Notes: a model not told the origin generated them from the sequence alone. A stretch of 64,000 nucleotides of DNA from an uncultured Acidobacteriota bacterium (GCA_963720545.1 OY970399.1:2208001-2272000), one strand, 5' to 3'. Numbered from the stretch's first letter, positions 33,849-45,847 are shown. Translations and numbers: made by a program.

Positions 33849-34702
33849 AGAGGAAGGCGCTCGGCAAGGGACTCTCGGCGCTGCTTGGCGACACGGCACA
33901 GCAAACGGCGCCGGCCACCGGCACCCTCGACGTGCCGGTCGAAAGCCTCGAGCCCAACCCGCAGCAGCCGCGCACCGTCTGGGATGCGGCGCGCATCGAG
34001 GAGATGGCGGCGTCGATCCGCGCCACCGGCATCATCCAGCCGATCCTGGTGCGGCGTCGCGCCAACGGGCGCTACCAGATCGTCGCCGGCGAGCGCCGCT
34101 GGCGCGCGGCCCAGGCCGCGGGGCTGCGCACCGTGCCGGTCGCCGTGCGCGAGGTCGCGGACGACCGGCTGCTGGAGCTGGCGCTGGTCGAGAACATCCA
34201 GCGCGAGGAGCTGTCGGCACTCGAGGAAGCGCAGGCGTTCCAGCGGCTGCAGGAAGACTTCCACCTCACGCAGGAAGAGGTGGCGAAGCGCGTCGGCCGC
34301 GAGCGCTCGACGGTCGCCAACACCATCAGGCTGCTGCGCCTGCCGCGCAGCGTGCGCGACCTGCTGGCCGGGGGGGCGATCGAGGCGGGTCATGCCCGCG
34401 CCCTGCTGGCGCTCGACAAGGCCGAGGAGCAGATTGCGCTCGGCCGGGAAGCGGCGGAGAAAGCGCTCTCGGTCCGCGAGGTGGAACGCCGCGTGGCCGA
34501 ACGCCGCGGCGGACCGCGCAAGCGCCAGCTGCCGAAAAAGGACCCGAACACGCGCGCCGCCGAAGAGCGGCTGCGCGCAGCACTCGGCGCCCGTGTCGAG
34601 ATCAGGCGGCGCGGCAAGGCCGGCATGATCCAGGTCGCCTTCATGGGCGAGGAGGAACTCAACAGGCTCTACGAACTGCTCCTGCGCAAGGCCAAGGCGT
34701 AG
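33845..34702 (+). CDS. parB: chromosome partitioning protein ParB
   Basis: LGKGLSALL, PNP.QPR, IVAGERRWRA, ENIQRE, HTH RSTVAN. Confidence 0.96.
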   Translation: MKRKALGKGLSALLGDTAQQTAPATGTLDVPVESLEPNPQQPRTVWDAARIEEMAASIRATGIIQPILVRRRANGRYQIVAGERRWRAAQAAGLRTVPVAVREVADDRLLELALVENIQREELSALEEAQAFQRLQEDFHLTQEEVAKRVGRERSTVANTIRLLRLPRSVRDLLAGGAIEAGHARALLALDKAEEQIALGREAAEKALSVREVERRVAERRGGPRKRQLPKKDPNTRAAEERLRAALGARVEIRRRGKAGMIQVAFMGEEELNRLYELLLRKAKA

Positions 34703-34732
34703 GATCGGCTCTTCAGGGGTAGTGAAGGCGGC

Positions 34733-35131
34733 ATGCACATGCGATTCAAGACCGTGGCGAACGACGACCTCAACGGCTTCCTCGACGAGACCACCGAGAT
34801 CATCGGCGAGCTGCGTTTCAGGAACACCTTCCGCGTCGACGGCCGCATCAAGGGCAAGGTGGTGTCGCAGGCGGCGCTCATCGTCGGCGAAAAGGCGACC
34901 ATCGACGCCGACCTCGACTGCGGCACGGTTTCGATCCGCGGCCGCGTCAACGGCCACGTCACCGGCCGCGAGCGCATCGAGGTTTTGGCCGGCGCGCAGG
35001 TGCGCGGGCACCTCAGCTCGCCGCGCCTCATCATCGAGGAGGGCGCTTTCTTCGAGGGGGAGTGCGACATGGGCGCGCCGCCCATGAAGGGCGAGGTCAT
35101 CCGCCTGCCGCAGCCGCCGCGCCAGGCATAA
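34733..35131 (+). CDS. bactofilin (polymer-forming cytoskeletal protein)
   Basis: GELRF...RVDGRIKG...G.VNG.V....IE......G.L....LIIEEGAFFEGECDM. Confidence 0.9.
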   Translation: MHMRFKTVANDDLNGFLDETTEIIGELRFRNTFRVDGRIKGKVVSQAALIVGEKATIDADLDCGTVSIRGRVNGHVTGRERIEVLAGAQVRGHLSSPRLIIEEGAFFEGECDMGAPPMKGEVIRLPQPPRQA

Positions 35132-35137
35132 GGCCCA

Positions 35138-36193
35138 ATGGCGACGCCAACGACAACGTCCGTCGCACCGCAGAAACCCCTGCGCCTCACGGAATTCGCC
35201 GCGTGCGGCGGCTGCGCCAGCAAGCTCGGCCCCGCCGAGTTGCGCGCCATCCTCCAGGACCTGCCGCGCGCCGACAACGACAACGTACTGGTCGACTACC
35301 GCACCGGCGACGACGCCGGCATCTACCGCCTCGACGCGGAGCGCTACCTGGTGCAGACCGTCGACTTCTTCACGCCGATCGTCGACGATCCCGAGGACTA
35401 CGGCGCCATCGCCGCGGCCAATGCGCTCTCGGACGTGTACGCGATGGGCGGCCTGCCGCTGTCGGCGCTCTCGATCGCGGCGCTGCCCACGGACGGCCTG
35501 CCACACGAGGCGGCCGCCGCCATCTTCCGCGGCGGCGCCAACAAGCTTCTGGCCGCCAACTGCGCGCTGCTCGGCGGCCACACGGTGCGCGATCCCGAGA
35601 TCAAGTTCGGCTACGCCGTCACCGGCCTGGTCAGCGCCGCGCAACTGATGACGAATGCCGCCGGCCGCGCCGGCGACGTGCTGGTGCTCACCAAGGCGCT
35701 GGGCACCGGCATCATCGCCACCGCGCTCAAGGCGGGCCGCGCCGACGCGGCAGCGGTGCGCGCCGCAACCGCTTCGATGACCCAGCTGAACCGCATCGCC
35801 TCGGTGGTCGCGACCCGGGCGGCGGTGAAATGCGCGACCGACGTCACCGGCTTCAGCCTCATGGGCCACGCGTTCAATATCGCCCGCGAGAGCTCGCTCA
35901 CCCTGCGCTTCGATGCGGCGCAGCTGCCGCTCCTGCCCGGCGCTCTCGAACTGGCGCCGACCTCGGAGTCGCGAGGACTGAAGTCGAATCGCGCCACCTT
36001 TGCGCCGCAGGTCGCCTTCGAAGACGGGTTCGACCCGCGGCTCGAGCCGATCCTCTTCGACCCGCAGACCTCGGGCGGCCTGCTGTTGCTGGTGCCCGGG
36101 GCGCAGGTCGAGGCGCTGCTGGCCGAGCTGCCCAACGCGCGCGTCGTTGGTGTGGCCGAGGAGCGCGGCGAACGCGCGCTGGCGGTGCGCTGA
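35138..36193 (+). CDS. selD: selenide, water dikinase (Cys form)
   Basis: RLTEF..CGGCASK, DDAG, QTVDFFTPIVDDP, NALSDVYAMGG, TDVTGF, DPQTSGGLL. Confidence 0.95.
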   Translation: MATPTTTSVAPQKPLRLTEFAACGGCASKLGPAELRAILQDLPRADNDNVLVDYRTGDDAGIYRLDAERYLVQTVDFFTPIVDDPEDYGAIAAANALSDVYAMGGLPLSALSIAALPTDGLPHEAAAAIFRGGANKLLAANCALLGGHTVRDPEIKFGYAVTGLVSAAQLMTNAAGRAGDVLVLTKALGTGIIATALKAGRADAAAVRAATASMTQLNRIASVVATRAAVKCATDVTGFSLMGHAFNIARESSLTLRFDAAQLPLLPGALELAPTSESRGLKSNRATFAPQVAFEDGFDPRLEPILFDPQTSGGLLLLVPGAQVEALLAELPNARVVGVAEERGERALAVR

Positions 36194-37564
36194 CTAGCTG
36201 AGCGCGCGGATCACGTCGGAGCGCGTGATGATGTAGATCGCGTCGCTCTTGAAGTCGCGCACCAGCACCGCCGGCGAATCGGGGGTGAGCATGCTCGCCA
36301 GCGCGTCGACGCTGGTCTGGATGTCGGCGAACGGGAAGGCGTGCTCCATGATCGCCTCGACCGGCCCTTTCGCGACCTCGGGGTCGCGCACGATCTCGGC
36401 GTAGAGGTGCCCTTCGCTGAGCGAACCCACGAGCCGCCCGTCGGCGGTCACCGGGATCTGCGAGTAGTCGTTTTCCTCCATCAGCTGCGCCACCCGCGCC
36501 ACCTTCTCGGTGCGCTCGACGGTGACGAGAGGCGCGCTGCGCCGGCGCGCCACCAGGTCGCGCGCGGTCAGGCCCAGCCGGTCGAGGAAGCCCTTCTCGC
36601 GCATCCAGTCGTCGTTGAACATCTTGCCGAGGTAGCGGGTGCCGTGATCGTGGAACACCACCACCACGGTCTCGCCCGCCTTGAAGTTGTCGGCGAGCTG
36701 CAGGAGGCCGGCGAGCGCCGCGCCCGCGGAGTTGCCGGCGAAGATGCCCTCCTCGCGGCAGATCCGCCGCGTCATGATTGCGGCGTCGCGGTCGGTGACC
36801 TTCTCGAAGTGGTCGATGAGCGAGAAGTCGATGTTCTTCGGCAGGAAATCCTCGCCGATGCCTTCGGTGACGTACGGGTAGATCTCGTTCTTGTCGAGGA
36901 TTCCCGTCTCCTTGTACTTCTTGAGCACCGAGCCGTAGCTGTCGATGCCCCAGGCGCGCACCGCGGGTTTCTTCTCCTTCAGGAAGCGGGCGATGCCGCT
37001 GATGGTGCCGCCGGTGCCGACGCCGACCACCAGGTGGTCGACGCTGCCGTCCGTCTGCTCCCAGATCTCGGGCCCGGTCTGCTCGTAGTGCGCTTCCTGG
37101 TTCGAGAGGTTGTCGTACTGGTTCGCCTTCCACGCGTTGTGCGTCTCGCGCTCGAGGCGCGAGGAAACCGAGTAATAGGAACGCGGGTCCTCCGGCTCGA
37201 CGTCGGTGGGGCAGACGACCACCTCGGCGCCGAACGCGCGCAGCGCGTCGACTTTCTCCTTCGACTGCTTGTCGGTGGTCGCGAAGATGCAGTGATAGCC
37301 CTTCACCACGGCGGCGATGGCGAGGCCCATGCCGGTGTTGCCCGAAGTGCCCTCGATGATGGTGCCGCCCGGCCGCAGTTTTCCGGCGGCCTCGGCATCG
37401 GCGATCATCTTGATCGCCATGCGGTCCTTGATGGAGTTGCCGGGATTCGTGGTCTCCACTTTGGCCAGCACCCGCGCCGCCACGATGCCGCGCGGAATCG
37501 CGTTCAGCTGCACCAGCGGAGTGTTGCCGATGGCCTCCAGAATGTTGTTGCAGATCTTGGGCAT
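36194..37564 (-). CDS. cbs: cystathionine beta-synthase (PLP domain + CBS pair)
   Basis: IGNTPLV, NPGNSIKDR, TSGNTG, GVGTGGT, TEGIGED; C-terminal CBS domains. Confidence 0.9.
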   Translation of the reverse strand: MPKICNNILEAIGNTPLVQLNAIPRGIVAARVLAKVETTNPGNSIKDRMAIKMIADAEAAGKLRPGGTIIEGTSGNTGMGLAIAAVVKGYHCIFATTDKQSKEKVDALRAFGAEVVVCPTDVEPEDPRSYYSVSSRLERETHNAWKANQYDNLSNQEAHYEQTGPEIWEQTDGSVDHLVVGVGTGGTISGIARFLKEKKPAVRAWGIDSYGSVLKKYKETGILDKNEIYPYVTEGIGEDFLPKNIDFSLIDHFEKVTDRDAAIMTRRICREEGIFAGNSAGAALAGLLQLADNFKAGETVVVVFHDHGTRYLGKMFNDDWMREKGFLDRLGLTARDLVARRRSAPLVTVERTEKVARVAQLMEENDYSQIPVTADGRLVGSLSEGHLYAEIVRDPEVAKGPVEAIMEHAFPFADIQTSVDALASMLTPDSPAVLVRDFKSDAIYIITRSDVIRALS

Positions 37565-37603
37565 ACGCGTCGCCACGCAGTTTACTCCGGCGCTTTTGTG
37601 TCT

Positions 37604-37632
37604 TTGACCGCTTCCGCCACGCGTGCTAGATT
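37604..37632 (+). promoter_or_regulatory. putative sigma70 promoter of atpHAGDC
   Basis: TTGACC-17 nt-TAGATT with TG extension. Confidence 0.55.
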
Positions 37633-37678
37633 TCGACGCGTTCTCCGCCGCGGGAAGCAACCTAAGCAAAGCAAATCC

Positions 37679-38233
37679 ATGAAGAAAAACGCTCCGGCGG
37701 CGGCCCGCCGCTACGCTCGCGCCCTGTTCGAAGCAGCCCAGGCCCGGGGTGCTGGCGCAGCCGAGTCCGTGAACCAGACGCTGAAGCCGCTGGCGGCGTT
37801 GCTGCGCGCGAACCGCGAACTCTCCGCGGTGCTCGCCGATCCCACCGTGGCAGGAGCCGCGAAGAAAAAAATCCTGCGCGCTGTCGCCAGCGACGGCGGC
37901 GAGTCCCTGGCGCTGCAATTTCTCGACATCCTCATCGACCAGGGCCGCAGCGTCGACGCGCCCGCGGTCGCCGACGCGTTCGAGGACCAGCTGTTCGCGA
38001 GCCGCAACATCGCGCGCGCGCGCGTGGTGTCGGCCGCGCCGCTCGCCGCGGGCGAACTAGCGGCGCTGGTCGCCGCGCTCGAAAAACTCACCGGCAAGGG
38101 CGTCGCGGTCGAACCCCGCGTCGATGCCGCGCTGGTCGGCGGAATCGTCGTCAGCATCGCCGGCCTCACCTACGACGGCAGCGTCCAGGCGCAACTGCGC
38201 GCCCTGCGCACGCGGCTATCGGGACACGCCTAA
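37679..38233 (+). CDS. atpH: ATP synthase F1 delta subunit
   Basis: ARRYARALF...VD..LVGG......YDGSV. Confidence 0.9.
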   Translation: MKKNAPAAARRYARALFEAAQARGAGAAESVNQTLKPLAALLRANRELSAVLADPTVAGAAKKKILRAVASDGGESLALQFLDILIDQGRSVDAPAVADAFEDQLFASRNIARARVVSAAPLAAGELAALVAALEKLTGKGVAVEPRVDAALVGGIVVSIAGLTYDGSVQAQLRALRTRLSGHA

Positions 38234-38260
38234 AAGCAGAAGGAAAGCGGAGCACCGAAG

Positions 38261-39781
38261 ATGGAGATTCGCGCCGAAGAGATCACCAGGATCATCCGCG
38301 AACAGCTTGGCGGGTTCGCGCCGGGAACGTCGGTGTCCGAGGAGGGCGAAGTGCTCTCGGTCGGCGACGGCATCGCCCGCATCCACGGCCTCGCGCGCTG
38401 CATGGCGGGGGAGCTGCTCGAGTTGCCGCACGGCGTCATGGGCATCGCCTTGAACCTCGAGGAAGACTCGGTCGGCGCCGTGCTCATGGGCGAGACCAGC
38501 GAAATCAAGCAAGGCGACAAGGTCAAGCGCAGCAAGCGCATCATGTCGATCCCGGTGGGCGAGGCCATGATCGGCCGCGTCGTCAACGCGCTCGGCCAGC
38601 CGATCGACGGCAAGGGCGAGATCAAGACCAGCGAGTTCAGCGAGATCGAGAAGATCGCGCCCGGCGTGGTCGAACGCCAGCCGGTGCGCGAGCCGCTCGA
38701 GACCGGCATCAAGCCGATCGACAGCATGGTCAACATCGGCCGCGGCCAGCGCGAGCTCTTGATCGGCGACCGCCAGACCGGCAAGACCGCGATCGCGATC
38801 GACACCATCATCAACCAGAAGGGCAAGGGCGTCGTCTGCATCTACGTCGCCATCGGCCAGAAGCGCTCGACCGTGGCGCAGGTGGTGCGCACGCTCGAGG
38901 AAGCGGACGCCATGCGCCACACGGTGGTGGTGAGCGCGACCGCGAGCGACCCGGCTCCGTTCCTCTACCTCGCACCCTTCTCCGGCACCGCCATCGGCGA
39001 ATACTTCCGCGACCGCAAGCAGCACGCGCTCTGCATCTACGACGACCTCTCGAAGCACGCCGCCGCCTACCGCGAGATCTCGCTGCTGCTGCGCCGCCCG
39101 CCGGGACGCGAGGCATACCCCGGCGACGTCTTCTACCTGCACAGCCGCCTGCTCGAGCGCGCCGCCAAGCTGAACGACGCGCGCGGCGCCGGCAGCCTCA
39201 CCTCGATCCCGATCATCGAGACCCAGGCGGGCGACATCTCCGCCTACATCCCGACCAACGTCATCTCGATCACCGACGGCCAGATCTTCCTCGAGGCCGA
39301 CCTCTTCAACTCGGGCATCCGTCCCGCCATCAACGTCGGCAACTCGGTGTCGCGCGTCGGCGGCTCGGCGCAGACCAAGGCCATGAAGGCGGTGGCCGGG
39401 CGCCTGCGCCTCGACCTCGCGCAGTACCGCGAGCTGGCCGCATTCGCGATGTTCGCCTCCGACCTCGACAAGTCGACCCAGGCGCAGCTCGCCAAGGGCC
39501 GGAGGCTCACCGAGATCCTGAAGCAGGACCAGTATTCGCCGCTGCCCGAAGCGAAGCAGGTGGCGATCATCTTCGCGGCGACCAACGGCTATCTCGACCC
39601 GGTGCCGGTCGAGCAGTGCGGCCGCTACGAGCGCGAGTTCCTGCCTTTCCTCGACACCCGCCGCCCGGAACTCCTCAAGGCGATCGCGGAAAAGAAGGAC
39701 ATCAAGGGCGAGCTCACCGACCAGCTGCACGCGGCGTGCAAGGAATTCGCCGAACTGTTCACGATCGAGACGAAGGAGTAG
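38261..39781 (+). CDS. atpA: ATP synthase F1 alpha subunit
   Basis: [29 protein letters not shown]. Confidence 0.98.
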   Translation: MEIRAEEITRIIREQLGGFAPGTSVSEEGEVLSVGDGIARIHGLARCMAGELLELPHGVMGIALNLEEDSVGAVLMGETSEIKQGDKVKRSKRIMSIPVGEAMIGRVVNALGQPIDGKGEIKTSEFSEIEKIAPGVVERQPVREPLETGIKPIDSMVNIGRGQRELLIGDRQTGKTAIAIDTIINQKGKGVVCIYVAIGQKRSTVAQVVRTLEEADAMRHTVVVSATASDPAPFLYLAPFSGTAIGEYFRDRKQHALCIYDDLSKHAAAYREISLLLRRPPGREAYPGDVFYLHSRLLERAAKLNDARGAGSLTSIPIIETQAGDISAYIPTNVISITDGQIFLEADLFNSGIRPAINVGNSVSRVGGSAQTKAMKAVAGRLRLDLAQYRELAAFAMFASDLDKSTQAQLAKGRRLTEILKQDQYSPLPEAKQVAIIFAATNGYLDPVPVEQCGRYEREFLPFLDTRRPELLKAIAEKKDIKGELTDQLHAACKEFAELFTIETKE

Positions 39782-39800
39782 GCGCACCAAGCGCGTTGCC

Positions 39801-40652
39801 ATGCCTGCCCTCGTCGACATCAGACGGCGCATCCGCACCGTCAAGAACACGCAGCAGATCACCAAGGCGCTGAAGATGGTGTCGGCCGCGAAGCTGCGGC
39901 GGGCCCAGGAGGCGATGTTCGCGGCGCGGCCCTACGCGCGCAGGCTGAGCGAGGTGCTCCAGGGCATCGCCACCCGCGGCGCGGCCGAGGCGCACCCGCT
40001 GCTGCGCGAGCGGCCGGAGCAGCGGGTCGCGGTCATCGTGGTGACGGCCGACAAGGGGCTCGCCGGCGGCTTCAACGCCAACATCATCCGCCGCGCCAAC
40101 GCCTTCCTCACGGAACACAAGGACCACGAGGTGAGCGTCGTGGCGGTCGGCCGCAAGGGCCGCGACTCGCTGCGCCGCCGCAAGGCCGCGTTCCGCTCCG
40201 AGCACATCGGCGCCTTTCAGACGCTGCGCTTCCGGACGGCGCAGGAGATCGCGGCACAGACGGTCGCCGCCTATGCCGCGGAAGAGCTGGACGCCGTGTA
40301 CCTCATCTTCAACGAGTTCAAGAGCGTCATCGCACAACGCATCGTGGTGGAGCGCCTGCTGCCGATTCCCAAGCTGGAGCAGCCCGCGCAGGCGCCGCTC
40401 GTCGAGTATCTCTACGAGCCGCGCGCCGCAGACATCTATGGCGCGCTCCTGCCCAAGTACGTCGAGATCAACATCTGGCGCGCACTCCTGGAATCGGCCG
40501 CCGCCGAGCACGGCGCGCGCATGGCGGCGATGGATTCGGCCACCAAGAACGCCTCGGAGACGATCGACAAGCTGACCTTGTACATGAACAAGGTCCGCCA
40601 GGCGGCGATCACCCGCGAGATCATCGAAGTCGTCTCGGGCGCAAGTTCATGA
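39801..40652 (+). CDS. atpG: ATP synthase F1 gamma subunit
   Basis: QQITKALKMVSAAK, ARMAAM, RQAAITREI. Confidence 0.97.
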   Translation: MPALVDIRRRIRTVKNTQQITKALKMVSAAKLRRAQEAMFAARPYARRLSEVLQGIATRGAAEAHPLLRERPEQRVAVIVVTADKGLAGGFNANIIRRANAFLTEHKDHEVSVVAVGRKGRDSLRRRKAAFRSEHIGAFQTLRFRTAQEIAAQTVAAYAAEELDAVYLIFNEFKSVIAQRIVVERLLPIPKLEQPAQAPLVEYLYEPRAADIYGALLPKYVEINIWRALLESAAAEHGARMAAMDSATKNASETIDKLTLYMNKVRQAAITREIIEVVSGASS

Positions 40653-40659
40653 GCGTTAA

Positions 40660-42117
<1,458 letters not shown>

Positions 42118-42120
42118 GCC

Positions 42121-42537
42121 ATGGCCGACCAGGCGCTGCCGACCAAGCTGCATCTCGAGGTGGTGACGCCCGAGGGCCTGCTGGTGCAGGCGGACGTCGA
42201 CTCGGTGAAGGCGCCGGGCTCGGAGGGTTACTTCGGCGTGCTGCCCGGCCACACGCCGCTGCTCGCCACGCTCGGCGTCGGCGTCATCAGCTACGTGCAG
42301 GGTGGCAGCGAGCGGCGCCTCACCTGTTTCTGGGGCTTTTGCGAAGTGCTGCCCGACCGCGTCAGCATCCTTGCCGAGATCGGCGAACGCGCCGAAGACA
42401 TCGACGCCGGCCGCGCCGAGGAAGCCAAGGCGCGCGCCGAGGCGCAGCTGAAGCAGCTGCGCGGCGAAGCCGGCTACGCCGAAGCGCAGGACGCATACCA
42501 GAAGGCGGTCACGCGGCTCGCGGCCGCGCGCAGGTAG
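42121..42537 (+). CDS. atpC: ATP synthase F1 epsilon subunit
   Basis: LEVVTPE, G.FGVLPGHTPL. Confidence 0.95.
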   Translation: MADQALPTKLHLEVVTPEGLLVQADVDSVKAPGSEGYFGVLPGHTPLLATLGVGVISYVQGGSERRLTCFWGFCEVLPDRVSILAEIGERAEDIDAGRAEEAKARAEAQLKQLRGEAGYAEAQDAYQKAVTRLAAARR

Positions 42538-42581
42538 GGCTGCAGCCGCTGCGCCGATAGCGCTCTAAAGTAGTCGCATCC

Positions 42582-44192
42582 ATGTCCCGCCTCGCCGACC
42601 GCCGGACGATCCTGGCGTGCGCCGCGGCGGCGATGGCCCTGTTCTTCTGGGCGTCGCTGCCGGCGCTGTCGGCACCGTTTCTCTCCGACGACTTCATCTT
42701 GCTCAACTGGAGCCAGCCGCGCACGCTCGCCGCCGCGCAGGACTACTTCGCGACCGACTGGGGCGGCGGCAACGATCGCGGCGGCTACTACCGTCCGCTC
42801 ATCAACCTGAGCCTCGGTTTCGACCACTGGCGCACCGGCCAGGATCCGCGCGGCGCGCACCAAACCAACCTGGTGCTGCACGTGCTCGCCACGCTCTGTG
42901 CGTTTGCGCTCGCACGGCAGCTGGCGGGCGCCGCGGCCGCCCTGCTCGCGTCGGTGCTGTTCCTGCTGCACCCGATGCACGACCTGTCGGTCTTCTGGCT
43001 GGCGGGCCGCACCGACCTGCTCTGCGGGCTTTTCTTCCTGCTGGCGCTCTGGCTTTCCGTCGCGAAGACAGCAGCGCTCCGCGTGCTGGCGCCGTTCGTC
43101 TTCCTGCTGGCACTGCTCGCGAAGGAAATGGCCGCGACGCTGCCGCTGGTCGTCGCCATGCACGCGTTCCTGAGCGCCCCTCCCACCGAGGCTGGCGTGC
43201 GGCGGCGGCTGGGTGCCGCGGTGCGCGCCGCGCTGCCCTTCCTGCTGGTCTTCGCCCTCTACATGGTGGTGCGCGTCGAGGTCCTCGGCGGCATCGGCGG
43301 CGACGCCCGCCTCGTGGCGCGCTCCAGCGCAGCGCTCGTGGGCGGCGCGCGCCTCATCCTGTGGAGCGTCTACCCCTGGGACCTCGGGATCGTCGAAGGC
43401 CTTGCCACGGCACCGGTGCTGGTTGCGGTGGCAGCGCTCGTCGCCGTCATCGCGGTGGTTCTCGCCTGGCAGCGCCGCGCCCTCACACCGGCCATCGCCT
43501 TCGCCCTCGGCTTTCTCGCGATCACCATGCTGCCGGTGCTCGGCCAGCCCGCGTCCTGGTACGTCTATATCCCGTCCTTCGGCGCGTGCCTGCTGTTCGC
43601 GATTCTGCTCCTGCGCCTGCCTCAGCCTTTGGCCCTCGCGGCCGCCGCGGCACTCGCCTTGTGCTTCGCCTGGTCGCTGCGTGCCAACGCGTCGGCGGTG
43701 CGCGAGGCCGCCGACATCGTCGATTCGGTGCTCGCCGACCTCGACCGCCGCGGCGGCTCGCCGTACCTGGTGAACGCGCCGATCTGCCTCGACGGCCGCC
43801 TGCCGATGCTGACCTCGCGCAGCCAGTACCTCTCGGCGCTTGCTCTGCGCGGCAGTGCGGCGACGCCGCAGCCGCTTTCCTACGCCTACATCGGCGACGC
43901 CGCGCGCTTCGTGCCGATCGTGACCACGGCGCCGGGCACCATCGACACCTCGGTATTCGGCGACCTCGACACTTTCATCGTGTTCGGCGACCTGGCGCGC
44001 CCGCCGCGCCCGCCGCTCGGCCCAGGCACGCTTGTCGCCGGCCGCGATGCCAGCTATGCCGTGCGCTTCCTGGCCGAGGACGACAAGATCCGCGGCGTCT
44101 CGATCCGCGCCATCCGCTGCGACCGCCAGACGGTCGTTCTAGAGTATCGGCCAGGCGGCCTGCGCGCCGTCCCTTTCCAATGCCCGCAATGA
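42582..44192 (+). CDS. polytopic GT-C-fold glycosyltransferase (TMTC/PMT-like)
   Basis: LSDDF after TM1, YYRPL, N.VLH, LF.LHP, LLAKE; many TM segments. Confidence 0.7.
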   Translation: MSRLADRRTILACAAAAMALFFWASLPALSAPFLSDDFILLNWSQPRTLAAAQDYFATDWGGGNDRGGYYRPLINLSLGFDHWRTGQDPRGAHQTNLVLHVLATLCAFALARQLAGAAAALLASVLFLLHPMHDLSVFWLAGRTDLLCGLFFLLALWLSVAKTAALRVLAPFVFLLALLAKEMAATLPLVVAMHAFLSAPPTEAGVRRRLGAAVRAALPFLLVFALYMVVRVEVLGGIGGDARLVARSSAALVGGARLILWSVYPWDLGIVEGLATAPVLVAVAALVAVIAVVLAWQRRALTPAIAFALGFLAITMLPVLGQPASWYVYIPSFGACLLFAILLLRLPQPLALAAAAALALCFAWSLRANASAVREAADIVDSVLADLDRRGGSPYLVNAPICLDGRLPMLTSRSQYLSALALRGSAATPQPLSYAYIGDAARFVPIVTTAPGTIDTSVFGDLDTFIVFGDLARPPRPPLGPGTLVAGRDASYAVRFLAEDDKIRGVSIRAIRCDRQTVVLEYRPGGLRAVPFQCPQ

Positions 44193-45847
44193 AACCGGAT
44201 TTCGTCGGTCGGGTGCGCCGGCGGCTGCGCCGCGCTGCGGGCCGTGCCGCGCCGCACGGCCACCATCACCAGCACCGGCAGTTTTCCGAAAGCGAACTGC
44301 TGGCGCGCGCGGACGAGTGGAACCGCAACGCCGAGAGCCACTGGCAGTCGATCCGCACCGATCGCGCCGGCCGGGAGCATGCGCTCGGCAAGCCGATGTC
44401 CACGGTGCAGGACACCGGGCCGATGCTCTACCGGCTGGGGCTGCTCATCACCGAGCTGCGCCTCGGCGTGGGCCACACGGTCCTCGATTTCGCCGCCGGC
44501 AGCTGCTGGTTGTCGTCGCTGCTCAATCGCCTGCGCTGCCGGACCATCTCGATCGACGTGAGCCCCACGGCGCTCGAGCTCGGCAAGGAGCTTTTCGCAC
44601 TCGACCCGCGCCAGCGTCCCGAGCTCGAGCCGCGCTTCCTGCCCTACGACGGCCACCAGATCCCGCTCATTGCGGGCAGCGTCGACCGCATCGCGGTGTT
44701 CGATGCCTTTCACCACGTGCCGAACCAGGACGAGGTGTTGCGCGAGATGGCGCGGGTGCTGCGCCCGGGCGGCCGGGTGGTGATGGCCGAGCCCGGCGAG
44801 AACCATTCGCACGCCGACCAGTCGCACATGGAGATGGAGCGCTTCGGCGTCCTCGAGAACGACATCCACTTCGACGAGCTCGCGCAGAAGGCGCGCGCCG
44901 CAGGTTTCAGCGCGGTGCTGGTGAAGCCCTACGCGGCACCCGAGGCCATGACCTTCACCGAGCAACAGTTCCTTTCCTTCATGAAGGGCCGCGACTCGGT
45001 GTTCCCGGTGCGCGCGATTCGTGCCAGCCTGCACGACTTCCTGCTCATCATCCTGTTGAAGGGCGAGGAGCAAAAAGACAGCCGCGCCCCCGGCCTCCTG
45101 CGCGCCGCATTCGAGCTCAAGGGTCCTCCTGCACCGCTGGTCGCCGAGCCCGGCGAGACGCTGCGGCTCGAAGTCGCGGTGCGCAACGACGGCGACACGC
45201 TGTGGCTCCACGAAGTGGATGCGATCGGCGGCTACGTGGGCGCGGGCGTGCACGTGCTCTCGGCCGGCGGCGAGATGGTGGTGCACAGTGCCGCGCGCCA
45301 GGCGCTGCCGAAAAACGTGGCGCCCGGCGAGACCGTGAGCTTCACGGTCGCGGTACCGCTGCCGGCGGCGCGCGGCGACTATGTCCTGCGCATCGACCTG
45401 GTCGACGAGTTCGTCGTCTGGTTCGAGATGGCCGGCTCTGCGGTCCTCGACGTCCCGTGCAAGGTGGCGGGCGTCGTCGATTCGCGCCGGCCGAACCGCC
45501 TGCAGGCTGCCATTCTCGTGGCCGCGCGCACCGACACGCCGCGAAGCATCGACCTGCAGTTGCTGATCCGCAACGACGGCGACACCGCGTGGCGCGCGGC
45601 CACCGCGGACGGCGTCGGTAGCGTGCGCCTGGGCGCGCAGCTGCACGACCGAGGACGCGTCGCCGAGCGCGACTATTTCCGCGCCAGCCTGCCCACGGAT
45701 GTCGAACCCGGCGCCGACATAGCCCTGGTGGTCAGCATCCCGCGGCCGCCGTCCGGTACCAGCCTGGAACTCGACCTGGTGGATGAGGGCATCCGCTGGT
45801 TCGCGGAGGGCGGTTCCGCAACGGTCGCGGTGCCGCTCACTTCGTGA
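44189..45847 (+). CDS. class I SAM-dependent methyltransferase with two C-terminal Ig-like (NBR1-like) domains
   Basis: VLDFAAGSCW, AFHHVP, RVLRPGG; repeated RNDGDTxW...L..V.PG...DLVDE...WF. Confidence 0.8.
   Translation: MKPDFVGRVRRRLRRAAGRAAPHGHHHQHRQFSESELLARADEWNRNAESHWQSIRTDRAGREHALGKPMSTVQDTGPMLYRLGLLITELRLGVGHTVLDFAAGSCWLSSLLNRLRCRTISIDVSPTALELGKELFALDPRQRPELEPRFLPYDGHQIPLIAGSVDRIAVFDAFHHVPNQDEVLREMARVLRPGGRVVMAEPGENHSHADQSHMEMERFGVLENDIHFDELAQKARAAGFSAVLVKPYAAPEAMTFTEQQFLSFMKGRDSVFPVRAIRASLHDFLLIILLKGEEQKDSRAPGLLRAAFELKGPPAPLVAEPGETLRLEVAVRNDGDTLWLHEVDAIGGYVGAGVHVLSAGGEMVVHSAARQALPKNVAPGETVSFTVAVPLPAARGDYVLRIDLVDEFVVWFEMAGSAVLDVPCKVAGVVDSRRPNRLQAAILVAARTDTPRSIDLQLLIRNDGDTAWRAATADGVGSVRLGAQLHDRGRVAERDYFRASLPTDVEPGADIALVVSIPRPPSGTSLELDLVDEGIRWFAEGGSATVAVPLTS

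Noticed and set aside
35138..35260. Selenocysteine recoding in selD or in the DUF1573 CxC motif
   Set aside because: The codons are TGC, not TGA; no in-frame UGA read-through candidate was seen.
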